A stretch of DNA of 54,664 nucleotides, the filler included, from Stramenopiles sp. TOSAG23-2 (Eukaryota): assembly GCA_900128395.1 (NCBI GenBank). It is 4 parts of 4 records of this genome, joined end to end, with 100 filler letters (N's around TTAATTAATTAA, not from the genome) between each part and the next. Parts side by side here need not be neighbours in the genome. Positions count along the whole stretch, not along the records: positions 27,412 to 40,988 come from LT649795.1; positions 41,089 to 54,664 come from LT649796.1; 2 more parts are not named here. One strand, given 5' to 3'. A program made the translations under genes and the position numbers. The notes under the pieces are model-generated. The model saw only the letters and a list, made by a program, of their open reading frames with translations, did no database searches and was not told the origin of the DNA. Shown in pieces: positions 34,119 through 44,700 of this stretch; position 1 is the first letter of the stretch, and each line of letters opens with the position of its first letter.

Positions 34119-36827
34119 ATGCAATTTCCAACAAGCATTAATAAACCACTCACAATTAATAAATTGCCTGAGCCGGTCACATTTTCATCCAATACAGTAT
34201 TAAATAATACATATGATTTAAATCTATCACCAATACCATTTTGTTGCATTTTAGAACCATTTTTCACTCCAAGTTCAGATGTAAATAATAATAATGTTCA
34301 ACAACCAACAACAATAATACCAATGATGGAAAAAAAAGATTTTATTACATGTACGAATCCAAAATGTAAAGCATATTTAAATCCATTTTGTAAATTAGAT
34401 TTAAAATTGAAACGGTGGAAATGTGTTTTTTGTAATCAATGGTCCGTTTCTACTGAATTGAATGAAAATAATATAACTACTCCAAATAATAATAATAATG
34501 TGTTTCAATCACCTGTTAAATCAGATAATGAAAAGTCACCACCGCTGGAAACAACAAGTAATATGGTAGATTTAGTAATACCATATCAATACATTGTCAA
34601 TTCATCTCATAATTTAGCCACTGGACCAGCTGCATTACGTCGTAGGACTTCCTCGACAACTTCAACAAATAATAATAATAATAATATTCCATCCATCATA
34701 CAACCAAAACATTTAATATCCAGAAGCTTATCAACAGCAAGTAATAGTTCCATTGGTTCCAATCCAAATGTATCAACGATTCATCCAGCATGTATTTACG
34801 TAATTGATTCAAACATTCCAAAAAGTGATGTAATGCATTTAGCAAATGCAATTACAAATGCATTAAATCAATTACCGAGAGATACATATATTGGTTTAAT
34901 CACATTTGGCCATTGTGTTAAAGTTTTTGAAGTAGGTTTACATGGTATTATTTCTTGTGATTCGTATCCGGGACAATCATTATTAGGAAAAAATGAATTG
35001 AATCAAATTGAATTACATGAACGAAACCCAATGTATAGTGGTTCGGAATATATGTCACCATTGCATTTTTGTAAGGAAAATTTAATAAACATTTTGAAAA
35101 ATTTATCTGGTGGTCCAGATATGAAATTAAAACGTAAAAAACGAAGAAATAGTAAGCGGAGAAAACGTGGGAATAGAAATGGCAAAAATGAGGCAACTGA
35201 TGGTGAAGCAAATGCTGAGAAAAATGCTATCCATGTATCACCAATAAAACGATGTTTACCAAATGCAATACGTATTGGGCTTGAAATGTTTAAAGTATCA
35301 CATGAAAGTTTAGGCAAGATGATAATATGTACTACTGGAGAAATAAATTGTGGTAATACTGTGAATTTGGATTATTTAAATATATTGTCAAATAAATGTT
35401 TATTGCAAGGCATTTCAATTGATATTTTATGTGTTGGTTCTAATTATTTTAATGTCCCTTTGTTACAAAATTTTATACAAACATGTGGGGGTAATATTTT
35501 TATTAATCGTTTATTTAATGAGGAAACGTTTAAATTGAATGTATTAGAAGCAACTTCTAGAAACAAAGTGGATGGTATTAATGAGGAGGAGGAGGATGAT
35601 AATAATAATAACAATAACACAAATACTTCTTCAACTATTTATCAAGATATTTCACATAGTGGTATTAAAATCCAAGTAAAATGTTTTGATTGTATTGAAA
35701 TTGATAGAGTAATAGGTCCTGCGTTGACAAATGTTGATGATACGGATAATACCAATGATAACGATGCAATGAATCAAAAATATACATTTCAATTAGGTAC
35801 ATTAGATCCATTAAATTCAGGAATTGTTTTTTATTTTCGTTTATCTGAGAAAGATATACCAGTACGTTTTGGTTATGTGCAATTTACCATCATTTTCAAC
35901 GGTTTAGATGGTTCGTTACGCAAACGTATAATTACAAAACGATTGCTATTTACCAATTCGAGACAAACGTTTTTAAAGTCGATTAATTGCAATGTAGCAG
36001 CAATTGGAATGGGGAAAAAAGCAGTATTAATGGCGCAAAAGATAAAAGATCGCAGTAAAGGTGCAACACGCAGTATGGATGAAATATGCAATCGTGTTTA
36101 CAATATGATGGCATTTTTTGCTCAACAAAAGGCGAAAATGGTAACAGTGCCTGATGAATTAAAAATAATACCAATAACATTATTTCATTTATTGCGTGGA
36201 CCTTGCCTAGGACCAATTTTACAACATAGTGATGACATCTGTTGCATGCAAAGATTGTTTTTAAATAGTTCCTTTCAAACATGTTTGCGTATTACACAAC
36301 CCCGTTTGTATTGTTTGAAAGACGAAGACATATTGAAAACACGACATTTAGTAAATCATTCCACAAACGATATTAATGCGTCGAGTATAATATTGGCAAA
36401 TGAAATTGTATCAAAATCTTATTTGCAAGAAATACCAATGGTAACATTAGCATTACAATCGAATTTCATTTTAATTTTAGATCATCATACTGATATCTTT
36501 ATTTGGAGTGGATTTGCCGTGTCTAGTAATGGGTATGATAAAATACGAAATGCGTTAAAGTTAATAATACAACGTGAGGTAAAACATCGTTATCCATCTC
36601 CAAATATAATGTTATTTAATGAAAACGATTCAATGGCAAGATGGTTTGAAGCGAGATTGATACCAGCACATAAAGATAATGAATTTCTACAAATGCAAGC
36701 ATGCCAAAAATTGATTGGTAATTTAAATAATACTCAACGGAAAGAATTAAATGAAAAATTATTATGGACGGATGATTATTCATATTATGAATGGTTGAAT
36801 CGTGTTATTGCTGGAACGATTGAATGA
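34119..36827 (+). CDS. Sec23/Sec24-family COPII-related protein (divergent type resembling plant SEC23A)
   Basis: Zinc finger C..CKAYLNPFC...WKCVFC, vWA trunk (CIYVIDS, IGLITFG), beta-sandwich YVQFT...RKRIIT, LFHLLRGP, gelsolin ILDHHTDIFIWSG, RYPSP...SMARWFEARLIPAHKD. Confidence 0.9.
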   Translation: MQFPTSINKPLTINKLPEPVTFSSNTVLNNTYDLNLSPIPFCCILEPFFTPSSDVNNNNVQQPTTIIPMMEKKDFITCTNPKCKAYLNPFCKLDLKLKRWKCVFCNQWSVSTELNENNITTPNNNNNVFQSPVKSDNEKSPPLETTSNMVDLVIPYQYIVNSSHNLATGPAALRRRTSSTTSTNNNNNNIPSIIQPKHLISRSLSTASNSSIGSNPNVSTIHPACIYVIDSNIPKSDVMHLANAITNALNQLPRDTYIGLITFGHCVKVFEVGLHGIISCDSYPGQSLLGKNELNQIELHERNPMYSGSEYMSPLHFCKENLINILKNLSGGPDMKLKRKKRRNSKRRKRGNRNGKNEATDGEANAEKNAIHVSPIKRCLPNAIRIGLEMFKVSHESLGKMIICTTGEINCGNTVNLDYLNILSNKCLLQGISIDILCVGSNYFNVPLLQNFIQTCGGNIFINRLFNEETFKLNVLEATSRNKVDGINEEEEDDNNNNNNTNTSSTIYQDISHSGIKIQVKCFDCIEIDRVIGPALTNVDDTDNTNDNDAMNQKYTFQLGTLDPLNSGIVFYFRLSEKDIPVRFGYVQFTIIFNGLDGSLRKRIITKRLLFTNSRQTFLKSINCNVAAIGMGKKAVLMAQKIKDRSKGATRSMDEICNRVYNMMAFFAQQKAKMVTVPDELKIIPITLFHLLRGPCLGPILQHSDDICCMQRLFLNSSFQTCLRITQPRLYCLKDEDILKTRHLVNHSTNDINASSIILANEIVSKSYLQEIPMVTLALQSNFILILDHHTDIFIWSGFAVSSNGYDKIRNALKLIIQREVKHRYPSPNIMLFNENDSMARWFEARLIPAHKDNEFLQMQACQKLIGNLNNTQRKELNEKLLWTDDYSYYEWLNRVIAGTIE

Positions 36828-37198
36828 AAGAGAAGAGTATGTATGAATATTATGAATATATGATAGCGGGGGGGAACCTGTGTGAGAGAGATATCATATT
36901 ATGGCATCATATATATATAGAAGTGTAGGAGTGTTTAAAAAAAACAAAATTGATAAAACTATCATATCGTACCATGGTCATACACGACTGTACGAAAAAA
37001 TTAAAATTATGGGGGGGTTATCATATTTTTATGAGAATAATTTTAGTTCGTATGATAAAACAAAAGGGTGTTTTTACAAAAAAAGCTTTTATGATAATTA
37101 TAAATTATATCATATTTAATGTACATATAAACACACACTACAAATTTATTTTAGAGGGTCTCTCTTCATTTCAAAACACGGCGACACAGAGGAGATTT

Positions 37199-37402
37199 TT
37201 ATTCTTCTTCATTATCAGCACTAGTATCATCCTCTTCCGTTGTTTGTTTTGGTGCAACTTTTTTTACTACTCTTCGTACAACTTCTTTTGTTCCATCTAC
37301 AACTTTCTTTGCTCCACCTTCTACCGCTTTCTCGTCTTTAGTTACTTCTTCTTTTACTTTTTCTTCAACTTCTTTTGCTTCATCTTCGCCTTTTTGAACA
37401 GT
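37199..37402 (-). pseudogene. Orphan 3' coding fragment (Glu/Lys/Val-rich) with no start
   Basis: Not in the ORF track. Reads TVQKGEDEAKEVEEKVKEEVTKDEKAVEGGAKKVVDGTKEVVRRVVKKVAPKQTTEEDDTSADNEEE*, preceded directly by an in-frame TAA (37403-37405). Confidence 0.55.
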
Positions 37403-37405
37403 TTA

Positions 37406-37464
37406 ATGCGTGGTCAAATGAATCAAAATCCTAATCCAATGCGTGGTCAAATGAATCAAAATCC
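37406..37464 (+). repeat. 33-bp-period coding-like tandem repeat (MRGQMNQNP x2)
   Basis: atgcgtggtcaaatgaatcaaaatcc at 37406 and 37439. Confidence 0.85.
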
Positions 37465-37728
37465 GTTGTTTGGAAGTGATATTAGTGCGGATAAGATTAT
37501 GAAGAGGGCGCAAAGTGGGCATAATAAAATGGCTTTATAAGAAATATTGATGTGATTGAGTATTGAGCATATTATTTACGTACCACGGGAAGTAAAATTA
37601 TTACTCGTAATATAACTTAGACTTTAACCATCCTTAATATTAATTTACTCAATGATAATTCCTACTCTCCAAACGTATACAGTAACTGAGTTCTATTAAA
37701 ATGTGAATTGTTTGGCATACATTTTTTA

Positions 37729-38373
37729 TTAAAAAAACACACACATTATCGTACTAATTAGAACAATTAATAAATGAAGTATTGGCACAAATTTATATCT
37801 AGTAATAGCAGGCGAGCTTCCGCCTGTACACGTCCAAATGGTGGATGCATTCTCTAGATCATAACATTTGTTTGCTTGTCCAGGAAAATAAGAGAGAATA
37901 GATTTTTCATGTTTTATCTGGCTGCATTTAGCATCGCTATATATTGTCCCTACGAGTTTTACATCAGAACTATCACAACGATCAGCACTTGCTTTCATCC
38001 ATTCTCCAGCAGCCCTTTGTTTGCATTTTCCATCATATACTTCTGTTAGATGTTCATTTTTTGCATTGCATCCATGCTTGATAAATTTTCTATATGTTAG
38101 TACTGATATAGAATTAAAGCTATCATCGCATTTTACCCAGCGAATACCGTCATCTACTTCACTCCCGTCGCAACCATCTTGCTGTTGAACTTCACACCAT
38201 CGATATTCGTCGGAGCATGTAGGATTTGGGCAACCTTCTTGATTACTACACCAATGATTTGACCATGATTCTTTACATGTGCATTTTTCTGCATATGTAA
38301 AAAGGTAATCATTGAACGTAAAATTGATCAATAATATTTGCAATATTAAACATTTGACGTTTATGATATTCAT
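37729..38373 (-). CDS. Small Cys-rich surface protein (signal peptide, C-terminal TM or GPI signal)
   Basis: Hydrophobic N-terminus, Cys-rich module CTCKESW...C...GC...C...WCEV...GC...WVKC, second Cys domain, terminal hydrophobic tail FVPILHLLIVLISTIMCVFF. Confidence 0.7.
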   Translation of the reverse strand: MNIINVKCLILQILLINFTFNDYLFTYAEKCTCKESWSNHWCSNQEGCPNPTCSDEYRWCEVQQQDGCDGSEVDDGIRWVKCDDSFNSISVLTYRKFIKHGCNAKNEHLTEVYDGKCKQRAAGEWMKASADRCDSSDVKLVGTIYSDAKCSQIKHEKSILSYFPGQANKCYDLENASTIWTCTGGSSPAITRYKFVPILHLLIVLISTIMCVFF

Positions 38374-38548
38374 ACTAGAGATTAATCGTCGTCTAATAAT
38401 ATATTACGAGTATATTATTATTATATATATATATATGAATTAATATTTTTTTTTATTATTTCGTAAAAAATACGTATTTATATCGATCCATCTCTCATAT
38501 ATTACTTCGTATATATATATATATTCGTGTATATAATTATAATTTTTT

Positions 38549-40405
38549 CTATATGGTCCGTAATAACCTAAGAATGTTCTTTGCATGAATAATTAATGCA
38601 TTATTTTCATCATAAAACTCATTTTTTTTCTTTGTAAATTCTCTTAACAAAGGATATAACATTGGAATATTCATATGAGGATCGCAAATACAACGTATCC
38701 ATACACGTTTTAAGATACGAGTAACCATTTTCTCTCGTGGTTTCCGCGCTTTTACGATTGAAGATAATGCCTTTTGCAAATTTTTTACATTTAATTTCTC
38801 CTCTTTTTTTAAAAACTCGATATCGTTCAATACTTCATTTAATTGTTTTATAGATGGAATCAAACCTGCATTTTCATCATCATCATGATCATGTTTCGCC
38901 ATCGTTTTATTGAGATAATTGTTGACTAGTACATTTTTTATACTATTGCAGAAAATTCTACAATATCCATTTTTAAAAATTAATATACGCAATTCATTTG
39001 TATCTAGATATTTACTTTCATCTTCTTTCTCTCCGTGTTTTACAAAACCTAAAGTTCCAATCTGGTTATCAATTCTTTTCACTTGCCCAAGCAAAGATGA
39101 GCTAGAACCAATTTCCATTAACAGTGTTGTCGAGGGCATCATACTTAATGTTTCAATACAACGTTGAAATTTTACACTGGAAACTATAGTTTGTGCATGA
39201 TAATATTCATCAAATACTATCTCCTCGTTATTGGTCTTATCACTTGAAGAGGAAAGCCATCCATATTGAATAATTTTATTATTTTTTTTTTGCTGATTAT
39301 TACCTTTTAAAATGGTTCGAAAACGTTGTATTAACCAATCCTGGAAAATAGAAAATAACGGAGAATGGTATGCAATTTGATCTGTATCTAAATCTCTCCA
39401 AAATAATTTACTCCCATCGTTTCTATCTTGAAACGTCGAAATAAAATGTTGATGTAAAATATCAACTTGTTTTGCGCTTCCAGAAATAGTTTGTCCATGT
39501 GGAGAATTTTCACAACCAACGATAACTTCTTTTAAATTCAATTCATCAATCGCTGCTTCAATCTCTTTTTTTGATAATCCACAATAAGACATTTTACCAG
39601 TTAAATCATATATTTTTGTGGAAGAATTGTTGTCGTCGCCATTTTGCTGTTTTATATATTTATTTACATTATCCTTATGTACGTAATAATAAAAATTATC
39701 TGTATTGTCATTCAAGACAAGCTCATCTTCATTATTAGCTTGCATTTCAACCGCTAGCTTCTTCGATTTAGTGATTAATACATGAAAATTGGGTTTAATC
39801 ATTTCGACCATTTCACTTTGAAAATATTGTATCAAAATCGTTTCTTTTTCAGTTGTCAAGCCAGCTAAATATCCTGCTGATGTTTCACCAATGGAATGAC
39901 CGACTATATAATCTGGTTTGATACCTGCTTCTTTCAATATATTTATCACGCCGATTTGGTATGCAACAATACCAACTCCCATGTATTTTTTCAAGCTCCA
40001 CTTTGTACCAATTGAAAATAACGTTGTTAAGTCTTCAAAATTTGTATCGACTTCTTTAATTATACGTGTTAGCCTTGATATTGTATTACGAAAACTATTT
40101 GAAAAATAAATCAATTTCGTTCCCATAAATTCCCATTGACTTCCAATTCCACCTAAAATAATTGCTAATTGTTTATAGTTTTTTGCTCTATTTGGTGACT
40201 TTGTCAATGTATGTTTCGCTTGTATTAATTTTTGCAACGTATTTAGTTGTTCTTGTGTGTTCTTAGTGTCGTCTTCAAAAGATGCTAATGACGATGATGA
40301 TGATGATATTTTCATATTCATATTCTTATTCATATTTTTATTCATTAAATTATTATATTTATTATTTTCATCATCCTGTGGGTTCATTCTATTGAACATT
40401 GCCAT
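38549..40405 (-). CDS. Stand-alone acyltransferase (type I FAS/PKS MAT-like domain) with extra C-terminal helical region
   Basis: GGIGSQWEFMG, PDYIVGHSIGE, GCENSPHGQTISG, IAYHS, SSVKFQ, MEIGSSSSL. No KS, KR or ACP domain in the ORF. Confidence 0.88.
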   Translation of the reverse strand: MAMFNRMNPQDDENNKYNNLMNKNMNKNMNMKISSSSSSLASFEDDTKNTQEQLNTLQKLIQAKHTLTKSPNRAKNYKQLAIILGGIGSQWEFMGTKLIYFSNSFRNTISRLTRIIKEVDTNFEDLTTLFSIGTKWSLKKYMGVGIVAYQIGVINILKEAGIKPDYIVGHSIGETSAGYLAGLTTEKETILIQYFQSEMVEMIKPNFHVLITKSKKLAVEMQANNEDELVLNDNTDNFYYYVHKDNVNKYIKQQNGDDNNSSTKIYDLTGKMSYCGLSKKEIEAAIDELNLKEVIVGCENSPHGQTISGSAKQVDILHQHFISTFQDRNDGSKLFWRDLDTDQIAYHSPLFSIFQDWLIQRFRTILKGNNQQKKNNKIIQYGWLSSSSDKTNNEEIVFDEYYHAQTIVSSVKFQRCIETLSMMPSTTLLMEIGSSSSLLGQVKRIDNQIGTLGFVKHGEKEDESKYLDTNELRILIFKNGYCRIFCNSIKNVLVNNYLNKTMAKHDHDDDENAGLIPSIKQLNEVLNDIEFLKKEEKLNVKNLQKALSSIVKARKPREKMVTRILKRVWIRCICDPHMNIPMLYPLLREFTKKKNEFYDENNALIIHAKNILRLLRTI

Positions 40406-40988
40406 TTGTCATTAATGGTTGGTGATGTTTTTTGATGAGATGATATTGTTTTTTGGTTGTTGTTTACGTCTCTCACCGACATGTATTTTGAAAACGGGTA
40501 GTGATGTGAGTTCGACACACAGAGGGCATGCGAATTGCAAAAATACCATTATTAATAGCAGGTAAATAGCTACTGTGATGCCGCCGGTTCTCCAGTTCGC
40601 AACACAAAAAAAAACATTGAAAAAAAATGATTAAAATTATGGGTAGGAAATGACGCAGCAAATCTCAGACCAGAAAAATATGTTTTTTTTAGGAATTTAT
40701 AATACCTTAAATTATGGTATACTACGGCCTGCTACCCTGCTAGCCAGCTAGCTACGAGGACGACTACCACCAGCGGTATACTATTATGTATTTTAAAATA
40801 TTTGCATTTTTTCAATCCTTAATCTAAATCTATAAAAATTGTGCATATTGGCATATACGAATAGGGTTTCCTAAAAAAAATGTATAGTAGTAGTAGTAGT
40901 ATGTTTATAATAACAGTGTATTATTATGGTCAACAATTTTGCTCTCTCTTTTTCACTCCTTTCGATTTTCGATTTTCGATTTTCGGCC

Positions 40989-41088
40989 NNNNNNNNNNNN
41001 NNNNNNNNNNNNNNNNNNNNNNNNNNNNNNNNTTAATTAATTAANNNNNNNNNNNNNNNNNNNNNNNNNNNNNNNNNNNNNNNNNNNN
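40989..41088. other. Artificial contig linker
   Basis: N44-TTAATTAATTAA-N44. Confidence 0.97.
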
Positions 41089-41778
41089 CTATAATACTCC
41101 TTTACTATTGAATACTGTTGTTAACGAAAAGGCTGTCGTTAAATTGTTGTGATTCTGATGAATTGGTAATTTTTATCAATCACGTTTCTTTTTCGATTGA
41201 TGAAATTTATTAGATTATTTTAACCTTATATTATCACTTGCTAGATTAGGCAAGTGACGGATCAGAATATTTATCTCCCTTAATCCTTAATTCGGGTCCC
41301 ACGAGAGGAGATATATTAATATACAACACTGAAATACGACTAAAATTAAAATAGGGATTCCTTAATTTAAATTTAAAATTTTGCGTGCGGTCAAAAAGAA
41401 GATCACATTTCCTCCGTTCCTATCCAGGGCTACAGTACCAGGTATCCAGCTATCCAGCTTAAGCTATCCAGCTATCCCTCCCGGGTTGTTTTGTGTGGTG
41501 CTGTGCACTTCAAAGAAGCGGTTCGAAAAGGTTCTATTTGAAGGTTCTATCAGTTGCAACGGTGCAAATTCATTGGAGACAACCTTCCAGCCAGTAGTAG
41601 TGGTTTAATGTGTGTGTTATTGAGTTACAACCTTTTGCTGCTGTGATTTATTTGTTGCGTGGTTGTATTCATTTCAGACAACCTTCCTGCTGTGGTTTAT
41701 TTGTTTATTTTATTATATAAATTATTTTTGGTTTTTCATTTATATTCCTTTCAATTACCACTTCAACCATTATTGATT

Positions 41779-44700
41779 ATGGACGACAATAACAACAATA
41801 ATAATAATCAACACCTCGAACCATGCTATGAAGAAAAAGCAGGTTTTTGTTCGAAACGTTTTTTCTCGTGGTTAGGACCTTTAATAAAATTAGCTTCAAC
41901 GAAAATTTTAAAATTACCAGATTTACCAGATATAGTTGATAGTGATAAAAGCAACATACAAATTGAAAAGTTTCAAAAAGAATGGAAACGACAAATCAAG
42001 GAGAATATTAATAAGAAAAATACAACAGTTACGTTAATTAGTGTATTGAAAAAAGTATATGGTCCATCTTTCATGAGTGCTGGTTTTGTAAAATTAGGCC
42101 ATGATATATTGCAATATACCGCTCCAATATTATTAAGTTTAATATTACAATTTATTGAAAATGGCAGCACTGATACGTTTGTAATTTTTAATATAAACAT
42201 ACCAACTGGAATTATTTTTGCTATATTGTTATTTTTGAATCAAGTTATACAAAATTTTTTTCTCAATGCTTATTTTCATCGTTGTTATCGAATTGGTATG
42301 CAAACTCGGGCATGTGTTATATCTGCTATTTACAATAAAAGCTTACATGTATCAATGTCAGATCAACTTGATGCATCTACTGGTTCTATTGTAAATTTAA
42401 TGTCTAATGATACAAATCGAATTATGAGAATTTGCTCCTATGGACACAATTTATGGTCAGCACCATTTCAAATTATTGTTGCTTTTACGCTTTTAATGTT
42501 ATACATTGGACCATCTTGTGTTGTTGGTATATTGGTGATGATTGTATCGATTCCTACGAAAAAATATTTTGCGAGGCAAATTGTTAATTTACGAGAAAAA
42601 GTTGTTAAAATGACAGAACAGCGAGTGAAACTTATTAATGATGTTTTGCAAGGAATTCGTATCATCAAATTATATGCATGGGAAGAAAGCTTTTTAAAAT
42701 TAATTTCAAATGTTAGGCAAAAGGAAATGGATTGTTTAAATAAAGAAATTATTGTTAAGAGTATCAATGAAACGTTATGGAACTTAACTCCAATTTTAGT
42801 GGCTATGTCTACCTTTGCTGTTTATGCATATAGTGGACGAGAAATGAAAGCCTCTGTCATTTTCACTGCATTGGCTTTATTTACACGAATACGTTTTCCA
42901 TTATCAGTATTTCCATCAATGATTACCTCATTGATAGATTTTTTCGTTGCTTCTGATAGAATTACTGCATTTTTACATCAACAAGAGGTGGAAGGCTTAA
43001 AGATTTATGAAAAAATAGATGAGGTTGCTTCAATTACCGTTGAAGGTGATGCAATTTTTATGTGGAATCATCATTACAATAATAGTAAAAAGAAAAGCGA
43101 AAAAAATGTTAAAGAAGAAGAAGAAGAGAAAAAAACAAATGATGGTGATGATGGTGGTATTAACACACCAACGGCGAACGCAACAAAAGCAAAGGAGAAT
43201 TTTTTGCTAAAAAATATAAATCTAACATTAAAATCTGGACAATTATGTATGGTTTGTGGGAAAGTTGGAAGTGGCAAATCATCATTAGTTCAAGCAATTT
43301 TAGGAGAAATGAAATGCAAGTCAGGAAATGTGAAAATTCGTGGTAATTTATCATATGTGCCTCAATCAGCATGGATATTAAACGACACAGTAAGAAAAAA
43401 TGTTATTCTAGAAAACGAGTTTGATGAAGCCAAATATAAAATGGCATTGGATTGCAGTGAATTGATATCGGATTTAAATATTTTGCCTGCTGGAGATAAG
43501 ACAGAAATAGGAGAAAAAGGCATTAATATTTCTGGTGGACAAAAACAACGTGTTGCCCTAGCAAGAGCAATTTATCATGATCGTGATATCGTCATATTAG
43601 ATGATGTTTTATCTGCTTTGGATGTGCATGTTGGCAAAAAAGTATTTAACAAATTGATCCTCGGTCAATTAAAATCAAAACTTGTTATTTTAGTTACACA
43701 TGATTTATCGTTGCTTCAATTTGCTGATCACATTTTGCATATTGAAGATGGAGAAATTGTTTCTAGTGGATCATATGATTTTTTGATGAAAAATAATAAT
43801 CAATTTCAAGACTTATTAGTAGACATTGAACAAAACAGAAAAGATGATACCAATGTGAAAGAAGAGGAATCGATTGTTGTAAAAACAACAACGGCTGACG
43901 CTACAAATATTGATACAAACAATGTATTAATAGAGACAAAAGCAGAAAATACCAATAAAAGCACTGATGAAGAGCGTAAGGCAGGATCAAAAATGATTAA
44001 AGCAGAAGTTCGAGCAAAAGGCTCTGTTTCATCTAAAACCGTATTTGCATATTTTGGAAGTTTTTTTCCACGTATGTCATCTGGAATGACAATTGCATTG
44101 ATTCTTTTCTTCATGGCATTGGCGAAAGGCTTAACCCTCGCAACATCTTGGTGGCTATCTTGGTGGGTAACAAGTGTTGAACTTTCAATATCTGGATATG
44201 TTGACCATGCATTTTTTATCGGAATGTATGGATTATTTACATTTGGAGTATTAATTTTAATTTTGATATCATCCATATTCACTGCAACAGGTGCTATCTC
44301 AGCAGCTACTCGTTTACACGATAATATGTTAAGTGCTTTGTTAAGTGCACCAATGTATTGGTTCGAAACAACACCTACTGGGAGGACACTTTCCCGATGT
44401 TCAAAAGATGTCGATGAAGCAGATACGTTGTTACGCCAGGCATTTACATCAATGTTAAATTGTATGGTGGAATCATTGTCAATCTTGGTTTTAGTTACAA
44501 TATTAACTGGTGGATGGTTAATTATGGGCTTAATACCGGTAACGTTTTTGTATTATCATGCAATGATATACTATAGAAAAACATCAAGGGAATTGAAAAG
44601 ATTGGAAAGTGTTTCAAGGTCACCAATCTTTAGCCATTTTTCAGAAACTTTAAATGGATTAAGCAGTGTTCGCACGTTTCAAATTGAAAACGTATTTGAA

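Noticed and set aside
36950-37540. 196-aa Phe-rich plus-strand ORF as a membrane protein
   Set aside because: The Phe-rich part is the antisense of a Glu/Lys-rich minus-strand coding fragment, and the 5' part is AT-rich flank.
40960-40988. (TTTTCGA)n short tandem at the contig end
   Set aside because: Only about three units; a simple repeat with no supportable function.
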